Below the pieces are notes generated by a model. That model was not told where the DNA came from and made no database searches. It saw only the letters and a program-made list of their open reading frames with translations. Position numbers and translations under genes: made by a program. DNA of 64,000 nt from an uncultured Desulfocapsa sp. Lineage in GTDB: Bacteria; Desulfobacterota; Desulfobulbia; Desulfobulbales; Desulfocapsaceae. Below, one piece after another: positions 56,779 to 64,000 of the stretch. Position 1 is the stretch's first letter; the number at the start of each line of letters is the position of its first letter. The stretch covers positions 33,765-97,764 of the forward strand of contig CAMZLK010000056.1 in the NCBI GenBank assembly GCA_947311475.1, read 5' to 3'.

Positions 56779-58122
56779 ATGCCCCGATTACAACGACACC
56801 ATGTTACCTCCGGCACTTATTTCCTCGGCACATCAGGCCCGTTAATACTCAAAGCTTGCATGGGGACTTGTGTTGGCCTGGCACTGTACGACAAGCATAA
56901 TGGTGTTGGTGGGCTGATACATCTGTTACTGGACAAACCACCATTACTTCCAGGCAGTTTCAAGCCGGAAAAATATGCCCAAACGGGATTACCTCTTTTT
57001 TTTGATGCACTTTTGGACGCAGGAGCCAAGCCTGATAAGCTTTGCGCCTGGGTAGCCGGTGGCGCACTTGTCAGTCCCGTACAAGAAGATGATCTGGCCT
57101 TTAACATTGGCGGTAGAACCACCGAGGGTGTTATGGCATTTCTTGCCAGTAAGCATATAAACAACATAAAATCTGAAACCGGTGGATTTTTCTCATGCAC
57201 CTTGAACCTCAACATGAGAACGTGGGAATGTGACATCGAGCCAACAGGTTTTGAACTCAATACCGTTCGTGCTCATCCCCGACTATCAACAAAGGAAGAA
57301 ATAATCAACTCAATGGATACGCTACAACCTATCCCTCAAGTTGCGTTGAAAATCCTGCGACTCATAAATGAAGATAACTATGATGTAACAGTACTTACTG
57401 AGGAAATGCGAAAGGATCAGATTCTCAGTGCCCTTACAATCAAACTATGTAATTCAGTTTATGTTTCCAGTCTGAAAAAAATTGAATCAATGGATCATGC
57501 TCTGGTCTATTTAGGGCAGAAAAAATTGGTGAAATTTGTACTATCTGCTGCAATCAAATCCTTTTTTGACCAGGCTGGGATGGGATATTCGCTTTGTAAA
57601 GGTGGTATCTACCATCATGCTGTTGGAACGGCCCTTATCGCTGAAGAAATTGCCAGAACAACTAAAAAAGCAGAACCTGCCCTGGCTTATACGGGAGGGC
57701 TTCTACATGATATCGGCAAGGTCGTTTTGGATCAGCATATTCAGGCAGGTTCACCTCTTTTTTATAGACAGTTATCTGAGGAGGGAAAAGATTCCTCTGA
57801 AGTTGAAAAAACTGTTTTCGGTCTTGATCATCAGGAGGTTGGTACTATCCTGGCTGGACAATGGTCTTTTCCCACATCACTTATTGAAGTCGTAAAACAC
57901 CATCATCATCCTGAGAATGCACTTCAATATACCAATCTCGTCCACATCATCTATCTGGCAGATCTTCTCATGTCCAGATTTAACGTGGCATTAGAGGTTG
58001 AACGCATGGAAACCACGGCCCTTGCTGAGCGATTAAAAACATTGGGGTTTTCAATTGATGCATTTTCGGATATCGTTAACATGATACCTGCCAAAGCATT
58101 GGAATATTCATTAAAAAGATGA
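56779..58122 (+). CDS. CheD-like deamidase fused to an HDOD domain
   Basis: MGTCVGLALYD...GG.IH.LL (CheD Cys/His), then LQPIPQVALKIL, KDQ.LSA..IKL.NS, H....A, GLLHDIGK (HDOD). Confidence 0.82.
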   Translation: MPRLQRHHVTSGTYFLGTSGPLILKACMGTCVGLALYDKHNGVGGLIHLLLDKPPLLPGSFKPEKYAQTGLPLFFDALLDAGAKPDKLCAWVAGGALVSPVQEDDLAFNIGGRTTEGVMAFLASKHINNIKSETGGFFSCTLNLNMRTWECDIEPTGFELNTVRAHPRLSTKEEIINSMDTLQPIPQVALKILRLINEDNYDVTVLTEEMRKDQILSALTIKLCNSVYVSSLKKIESMDHALVYLGQKKLVKFVLSAAIKSFFDQAGMGYSLCKGGIYHHAVGTALIAEEIARTTKKAEPALAYTGGLLHDIGKVVLDQHIQAGSPLFYRQLSEEGKDSSEVEKTVFGLDHQEVGTILAGQWSFPTSLIEVVKHHHHPENALQYTNLVHIIYLADLLMSRFNVALEVERMETTALAERLKTLGFSIDAFSDIVNMIPAKALEYSLKR

Positions 58123-58172
58123 CCTCGATGGTGAGTGACTCAGGCCATACAATTCCTTAGGACATAAAACTT

Positions 58173-60236
58173 ATGAGGCATACTGGTTTTCAAAGTAACA
58201 CCCTTTCTTTATCACTGTCCATTATTGCCATGCTGATCGTTTTATTTGCATCAAGCACCGGCCATACCGCACCAAAACACCAAACTCAGGACAAACCACT
58301 ATTAATCGGAGCCAACAAGTATTTCGCACCTTTTGAGTTCCTTAATAAAAAAGGTGAACCTGATGGTTTTACTATAGATTTAATGAAGGCCGTTGCAAAA
58401 ACTGAAGGGCTTACCATTACATTTATGCTCGATACATGGAGTAACACTCGCCGTGACCTGAAGGACAACAAACTTGATGCTGTCACCGGGATGATGTACT
58501 CAGCAGAAAGAGATAAATCTTTTGACTTTTCTGTACCCAATATCATTATCCCGTATGCCATATTTGTACGGCAAAACAGCCCAATAAAAACTCTTAGTGA
58601 TATTGAGGGAAAAGAAATAATTGTTGTTCAGCATGTTTATGCCCATGATTGGCTGACCAGAAACAAAACCACAGATTCAATGATCATTGCCGATACACCA
58701 AATGAAGCCCTGCGGCTGCTGGCATCTGGTAAACATGATTGTGCCATTCTTCCTCGATTACACGGACTTGATCTTTTAGGCGATTTAAACATCAACAATG
58801 TGTATTCAGTGGGACCTCCTGTGCTATGGCAAAAATTGAGTTTTGCTGTGTCCAAAGGTAATTCTGAGCTTTTAGCGAAATTCAACCAGGGTATTTTTTC
58901 ATTACACCAATCGGGAGAATATGACGATATTTATCTTAAATGGTTTTCCGTCAATACACAGAACAAGCAAATTCGTAAAGCAACAAAATATTTTTTACTC
59001 ATTTTCTCCTTAATTATTGCCGCTCTATTGACGGTTTTATTTTGGAATTGGCTGTTAAAACGAGCAGTACGTAACAACACAAGGGAAATTCGTCAAAATG
59101 AGACTAGGCTAAAGCAAATAATTGAAGGAATTCCTATTCCTACATATGTGATTGATCAAAATCGCAAAGTCACTCACTGGAATATGGCTTGTGAGTTTTT
59201 AACAGGGAAAACTGCCACCAAAATGGTTGGAACCAGAAATTACCACAAGGCTTTTCACCATGGGCAGACATACTCCATTGTCGACCTTTTATTAGATAAT
59301 GTTTTAACAAAACCCTTGCAACAACACGATGGCATAACATATAGAGAATCTTCTGTGTTGGCGGGATCCTATGAAACAGAAATGTATTTCAGCAATCTGG
59401 GACATGATGGTAAATGGCTTTACGGGGCAGCCATACTGCTAAAAGATGAAACCGGAAATAATCTCGGTGCCATTGAGACCTGGCAGGATTTAACCGAATC
59501 AAAACAACTGGAAAGACAACTGATCCAATCCCAAAAAATGGAAGCTCTCGGTACGCTGGCGGGAGGCATTGCCCATGGTTTCAACAATGTTTTGATGGTT
59601 ATCAACATTCAGGCGCAAATGGCGATGCGCGAGATAACAACCGAATCGACACTAAATGACAGACTGGAACAGATTCTTGCTGCAGGCAAGCGTGCGGAAA
59701 AGTTAGTAAAACAAATTCTTACATTTAGTCGCCAGGCTGAAATCGAAACTGAACCAGTTCAGATAAGTGCAATAGTGAGAGAAACACTTACTTTATTGAG
59801 GACCTCACTTCCATCAAACATTGAGATGCATCAGGATATACGCTGTGACGAGCTGGTCATGGCCGATGCAACCCATATTCACCAGATTGTAATGAATTTG
59901 TGTACCAATGCCTGTCATGCGATGTCGAATACGGGTGGCGTTCTGGAAATTGTGCTATCTGCATTGCAGATAGATAAAGATGACCTCAAAACCAACCTGA
60001 AACCAGGTAAATTTATTAAACTGACAATAGGTGATACCGGTCATGGAATTCCACCTGAAATACAAAATAGAATTTTTGATCCATTTTTCACAACTAAACA
60101 AAGAGGTGAAGGCACTGGCATGGGACTCTCCGTTACCCATGGAATTATAAAACAATATGGTGGGTCAATTGATTTTGTCAGTGAGCCTGACAAAGGCACT
60201 TCATTTCATATTTGTTTTCCAATCTACACCAACTAG
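58173..60236 (+). CDS. Sensor histidine kinase (periplasmic substrate-binding domain, TM, PAS, HisKA, HATPase)
   Basis: FAPFEF...G...GF..DL PBP domain; QSQKMEALGTLAGGIAH(G)FNN; QIVMNLCTNA; DTGHGI, FDPFFTTK, GTGMGL. Confidence 0.9.
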   Translation: MRHTGFQSNTLSLSLSIIAMLIVLFASSTGHTAPKHQTQDKPLLIGANKYFAPFEFLNKKGEPDGFTIDLMKAVAKTEGLTITFMLDTWSNTRRDLKDNKLDAVTGMMYSAERDKSFDFSVPNIIIPYAIFVRQNSPIKTLSDIEGKEIIVVQHVYAHDWLTRNKTTDSMIIADTPNEALRLLASGKHDCAILPRLHGLDLLGDLNINNVYSVGPPVLWQKLSFAVSKGNSELLAKFNQGIFSLHQSGEYDDIYLKWFSVNTQNKQIRKATKYFLLIFSLIIAALLTVLFWNWLLKRAVRNNTREIRQNETRLKQIIEGIPIPTYVIDQNRKVTHWNMACEFLTGKTATKMVGTRNYHKAFHHGQTYSIVDLLLDNVLTKPLQQHDGITYRESSVLAGSYETEMYFSNLGHDGKWLYGAAILLKDETGNNLGAIETWQDLTESKQLERQLIQSQKMEALGTLAGGIAHGFNNVLMVINIQAQMAMREITTESTLNDRLEQILAAGKRAEKLVKQILTFSRQAEIETEPVQISAIVRETLTLLRTSLPSNIEMHQDIRCDELVMADATHIHQIVMNLCTNACHAMSNTGGVLEIVLSALQIDKDDLKTNLKPGKFIKLTIGDTGHGIPPEIQNRIFDPFFTTKQRGEGTGMGLSVTHGIIKQYGGSIDFVSEPDKGTSFHICFPIYTN

Positions 60237-60240
60237 CTAG

Positions 60241-60283
60241 GAGCCTGTCCGAGAATGCCCTTTCGGAGTCTCAGGGCAAGCTC
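60241..60283. mobile_element. Minimal 43-bp family B MITE
   Basis: GAGCCTGTCCGAGA...TCTCAGGGCAAGCTC, flanked by CTAG and TTAA. Confidence 0.6.
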
Positions 60284-60366
60284 TTAATTCTTCTTGTTTT
60301 TCCAGTCTGAATTGATGGCTTTTCTGGTCATCATAATGCTTTTAGTATGGTAGAACATTTGATACC

Positions 60367-60882
60367 TTATGTGCACTCATTCTTTTGAGGACTGCCAAAG
60401 CCATCTAAGGGCAAGCGCGTTGAATGTTTTACCTCCCTCAAAGAGAGACTTGACCGAATAGATGTAACTCCCGGCATCTTTCGTAATACCTTCCTCAGAA
60501 ATTGTTCATATGCTACCAGATCCCTGGCTATAATCTGGAGAAAATAGTCTGCCTCTCCTGTCACATTATGGCAAGAGAGTATCTCCGGAATATTCCGCAC
60601 GGCCTCTTCAAATTGTGAAGGTGCATCATCAGTGTGGTTGGCAAAACATATCTGCACCAAAGCCAAAACCCCAAAGCCCAGTTGATGGCGATTGAGATTA
60701 GCCTGATAATCATTAATATACCCTTTATCCTCCAGTCGTTTCAAGCGTCGCCAGCATGGTGTTTCACTTAGCGTAAGCGCCTCAGCCACTTTGACATTGG
60801 ATATGCGCCCATTTTCCTGCACCAAAGCCAAAAGAGCATAGTCTGTGACATCCAGCTCTTTTTCGGGTGGATTCTTTCTCAT
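60367..60882 (-). CDS. Lrp/AsnC-family regulator
   Basis: LD.TD..LL..VQENGRISN..VAE...LSETPCWRRLKRLE..G.I..Y; CH.VTGEADY.L. Confidence 0.92.
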   Translation of the reverse strand: MRKNPPEKELDVTDYALLALVQENGRISNVKVAEALTLSETPCWRRLKRLEDKGYINDYQANLNRHQLGFGVLALVQICFANHTDDAPSQFEEAVRNIPEILSCHNVTGEADYFLQIIARDLVAYEQFLRKVLRKMPGVTSIRSSLSLREVKHSTRLPLDGFGSPQKNECT

Positions 60883-61008
60883 TTTTGCCTCCTGTTAGGT
60901 ATATCTTCCCCCTTGATCCCATATTCCCTGCAATAAAGCAAGATAATTCCAAGTTTATAGAGCTATACTGTCTGCAATTAAGAAAAAGGTTATCGGAGGA
61001 TCTTAACT

Positions 61009-61650
61009 GTGACTGAACCGGCTTTACTGTATCTATACGTTACTGCATTAAGCGCAGTATATTTATCACCCGGTCCCGATATGGCACTGGTATTAGCAGT
61101 CTCAACCAGTCAAGGCAGGCGCGCAGGACTGAGCATAGTAACTGGCATCGCTTTTGCTCGAGCATTGCATGTTTTAGGCTCAGGAGTTGGGCTGGCAGTG
61201 CTCTTTTCAACGCACCCGGAAGTGCAGTATATGGTGCGTGTTGCAGGTGCAGGATATCTGTTGTTTTGGGCATGGAAGATACTTCGAACTCCATTAAATG
61301 AAACAGGAGTCACCATGGCTGCCTCCTCTGCAGGGTCTTATATATTACGTGGCTTTATCACCAATTTATTAAACCCCAAAGCATTATTATTCTGTAGCCT
61401 GTTGCTCCCTCAATTCACATCTCCTGAACAGGGATCATTGCTTTTTCAATTTATTCTGCTTGGTGTGATACTGGTTACCATCGGTCTACTCTTTGATATC
61501 AGTTACGTTCTTGTTTCCAATAAGATTATGCATGGTCTGAGGGGCAAAACAACAGGTGACAAATACTTTAGATCCTCTTTGGAAAAGGTTCGAAATTGTA
61601 TAATGATAGTTGTTTTAGGAGGAATAGCGACAAAACTGCTGGCAGGATAA
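61009..61650 (+). CDS. LysE/RhtB-family amino-acid exporter
   Basis: SPGPDM.LV.......GRRAGL...GI, GF.TNLLNPKA; divergent from Lrp. Confidence 0.9.
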   Translation: MTEPALLYLYVTALSAVYLSPGPDMALVLAVSTSQGRRAGLSIVTGIAFARALHVLGSGVGLAVLFSTHPEVQYMVRVAGAGYLLFWAWKILRTPLNETGVTMAASSAGSYILRGFITNLLNPKALLFCSLLLPQFTSPEQGSLLFQFILLGVILVTIGLLFDISYVLVSNKIMHGLRGKTTGDKYFRSSLEKVRNCIMIVVLGGIATKLLAG

Positions 61651-61702
61651 CAGATGGAACAGCCTGCTCTCACTGGGAGTAGTACCGGTGAATCAAACCG
61701 GC

Positions 61703-62368
61703 TCAGGGGTTCTTTTGAGATCGAACAGCAGCCCATTTATTCTTCTTTTTACGTATGGCCATTACAAGAAGGAGAAGAACCATCACAAAAACTCCTGCGA
61801 AATAAATACGAGGGGAAACCATACCTGCGACAAGTTCACTTCCCATAAAAGAACAGAACAGAATGCTGGGACAGATACCTATGCTGGTGGCTTTAACAAA
61901 TTTTTTCCACGGCACACCCGTAGCGACAGCTGCCGCGCTTATCAGGGTAAAGGGGATGACGCTTATCAGCTGTAGACATATCATTATGATATAGGAATGT
62001 TTCTTTATGATCCGTTTTATCCTTCCCCCTTCCCCGTCATTCCCCCATGTATTTTCAATGGCAAGTGATTTAATCAACATATATATGAGATTTGCACTGA
62101 TGATGCATCCGACATAGGAAAGAAGAAAGCCCTTAACGGGCCCAAAAGCGGCAGAACCAGTGACAAGAACAAGTGTAAGGGGTGAAAAAAGAGGAAAGAC
62201 AATAACCATCAGAAGGTAGAGCAACATACCTGAAGTCCCCATGGTATGAAGAGTAAGCTTTAAATGGCTCCAGTCCTGCAGCAGATAGGGATCAAGGATC
62301 TGAAATAATCCAAGAACGCTCAGAAATGCCACACACCCCAGAACAACCAGACTCACCCCCCTTTTCAT
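61703..62368 (-). CDS. TVP38/TMEM64 (DedA/VTT domain) membrane protein
   Basis: G.AAFGP..G.LLSY.G...SA..IY, LQLISVIPF.LIS..A...GV.W.KF..AT.IG. The start is uncertain (62368 or 62482). Confidence 0.8.
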   Translation of the reverse strand: MKRGVSLVVLGCVAFLSVLGLFQILDPYLLQDWSHLKLTLHTMGTSGMLLYLLMVIVFPLFSPLTLVLVTGSAAFGPVKGFLLSYVGCIISANLIYMLIKSLAIENTWGNDGEGGRIKRIIKKHSYIIMICLQLISVIPFTLISAAAVATGVPWKKFVKATSIGICPSILFCSFMGSELVAGMVSPRIYFAGVFVMVLLLLVMAIRKKKNKWAAVRSQKNP

Positions 62369-62478
62369 TCTGGAGTTACTTTTTGCAAGTCCGTGATACC
62401 ACTTTGCAGTCAGGTGAAAGGGCTTAACGGCTTGTTTTAAACGTACAATACTTAAGTAATGCATAGTTGGTCTGTTGC

Positions 62479-64000
62479 TCACAGTAAATCTACCATATCC
62501 ATTTCCTTTTTATACACGTCTGATGTGACCTCAAAAATACCCAGTAAGGTGTGAAACAGATTATCATGACTGTATTGCTTATCTTTATTGTGTCGGACTT
62601 TGACCAGATCGACATCTTTACTGGTTTCATTACCAAACCACATAAGAGCTCCAATATGAGTCTGCGAATCGGGGGCAATCATATAGGGAATTCCATGGAG
62701 ATACAAGCCATTCTCTCCCAGACTCTCGCCATGATCCGAGAAATACAGCATCGCGGTCTCGTGGGTCTTGTCAAATTTTTTGAGTAAATGAATAACCTGG
62801 GTCAAAAAATAATCAGTATATAAGAGGGCGTTATCATAGGCATTGGTTATTTCTTCCCCACTGCACTCTTCCAGTTGATTGGTGTCACAGACCGGTTTGA
62901 ATTTCTCGAATGCTTTCGGATATCTCTTATAATACGCCGGACCGTGATTACCCATTTGGTGGAGTACGATTAAAATGTCCCTCCCCGCGTGCTGGTTAAT
63001 ATACTCTTCAAGACCAACCAGCATTCCCTCATCCCGGCATTCTCCATCAGCACAGAGAGTATTTCGATCCGGCCTCGAATAATCCTCATAGGGAACACGC
63101 AGGGCAACTCCCTTGGAGTCGGAGTTATTGTCTCTCCATAAAATATCAATGGCCTTTGTATGGGTGAGAACATCCAGAACATTTTCAGTTGTACGCCCTT
63201 TTCTGTTGCTGAATTCTTTTCTTGGAAACATGGAAAACATACAGGGGACGGAGAAAGCGGTTGAAGTTCCGCAAGAATACATATTACTGAAATTTATAAT
63301 ATCTTCCTGCCCAAGCAGTGGATTTGTTTCTCTCCTGTAACCGTTTAAAGAAAAGTGATCAGCCCTTGCAGCCTCACCTATTACCAGAACAACCAATTCC
63401 TTATGGTCATCATTCCCGTTATTATCGAGTTCAACAACCTGCGCATCAAGACCAATTGGTGACACGACATTTTCCTCCATATGAAACGTTCTGTTGATGA
63501 ATTTCCCAAGAGAATAGAAAGAATAGGTCGGATTCACATAATAACGAAGTGGTTTATGCTCTCTGAAAAACGAGGTGTAAAATTTACTGAATATCAGTAC
63601 GGTCCCAACGATCAGCAGAATGGTAACAAAGCAGTCTCGTACTTTGAAGAGTGCCGATTTTTTGAGTGGGTTCGTTGTGATATTTACTCTAAAAACGAGA
63701 AGAGCCGGCAGCACCCCAAGGAGAATAAAATAGGAGAGCATTTTCGTACCCAGCAGGTCATTCATCTCCCTCCAATCACTTTCCACAATATTCTGCACCA
63801 TAATATCATCTATAACCACCTGATAGTTATCCATAAAGTAGGCAATAAAGGATGCGCCTAAAAGGATCAAAATAAGTACAAGCTTTGTCGTGTACCTTGT
63901 GGTCACCAGGCTAAGAATCAAAACAGTAACAGCCGTAATTCCAACTGCCAGGGAGATCAGAAATCCTATATTATGAACGCTTAACGGATAGACAGTTAAA
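62479..64000 (-). CDS. eptA: Lipid A phosphoethanolamine transferase (5' end beyond the window)
   Basis: LVIGEAARADH, SCGTSTA.SVPCMFS, LHQMGNHGP.Y..RYP, YDNA..YTD.FL, SDHGESLGE.G.YLHG; the frame stays open to the window end. Confidence 0.93.
   Translation of the reverse strand, partial: LTVYPLSVHNIGFLISLAVGITAVTVLILSLVTTRYTTKLVLILILLGASFIAYFMDNYQVVIDDIMVQNIVESDWREMNDLLGTKMLSYFILLGVLPALLVFRVNITTNPLKKSALFKVRDCFVTILLIVGTVLIFSKFYTSFFREHKPLRYYVNPTYSFYSLGKFINRTFHMEENVVSPIGLDAQVVELDNNGNDDHKELVVLVIGEAARADHFSLNGYRRETNPLLGQEDIINFSNMYSCGTSTAFSVPCMFSMFPRKEFSNRKGRTTENVLDVLTHTKAIDILWRDNNSDSKGVALRVPYEDYSRPDRNTLCADGECRDEGMLVGLEEYINQHAGRDILIVLHQMGNHGPAYYKRYPKAFEKFKPVCDTNQLEECSGEEITNAYDNALLYTDYFLTQVIHLLKKFDKTHETAMLYFSDHGESLGENGLYLHGIPYMIAPDSQTHIGALMWFGNETSKDVDLVKVRHNKDKQYSHDNLFHTLLGIFEVTSDVYKKEMDMVDLL

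Noticed and set aside
1717-60283. CRISPR array from the recurring short repeats
   Set aside because: The copies are kilobases apart, not regularly spaced with unique spacers, and there are no cas genes.
1-64000. tRNA/rRNA genes, selC, transposases, prophage genes
   Set aside because: No cloverleaf, rRNA signature, DDE/HUH transposase or phage ORF was recognised by eye; tRNAscan-SE and HMM searches would be needed to exclude them fully.

Overview
This is a bacterial chromosomal window. Gene content (Sec-type UGA recoding, Geobacter-like multiheme cytochromes, PurD-PurE fusion, oleBCD) suggests Desulfobacterota, probably Desulfobulbales-like; this taxonomy is an inference. No rRNA, tRNA, CRISPR array, transposase or prophage was recognised. 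In order, the window holds: trxB-like reductase; a fabF-ACP-2x phytoene-desaturase-like-fabG-fabZ lipid cluster; tolQRAB-cpoB-tlyA; an M48 peptidase; oleBCD without oleA; an ABC ATPase, Hpt protein, tsaC and purDE fusion; a FadR-like TetR with its palindromic operator; rpoH-DegT-giant TPR/beta-barrel-greA; lepA; hisI-hisG-engB led by an unannotated 56-aa Cys protein; a decaying cheA-cheW-cheB operon; and a double pentapeptide protein. An 8-kb respiratory locus follows, and then accessory regulators, transporters, two DUF1566-like genes, a CheD-HDOD fusion, a sensor kinase and a partial eptA. The respiratory locus (42.3-50.4 kb) is the most interesting part. It encodes a 19-heme cytochrome c, a CbcL-type cytochrome b, a 9-heme c7-type polymer, NrfD and a Tat-exported 4x[4Fe-4S] protein, with no molybdopterin or NrfA catalytic subunit. 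At its centre is an exported tandem rhodanese that the ORF track splits in two. It reads as one 261-aa frame through an in-frame UGA (CKGPG-U) followed by a SECIS-like hairpin, so it is a probable selenoprotein. A second, weaker selenoprotein candidate (CxxC-x10-U-x6-CxxC) overlaps the fabZ stop. Intergenic spaces carry three families of short dispersed MITE-like repeats that recombine into mosaics. All product calls come from motif recognition by eye; no database searches were run.
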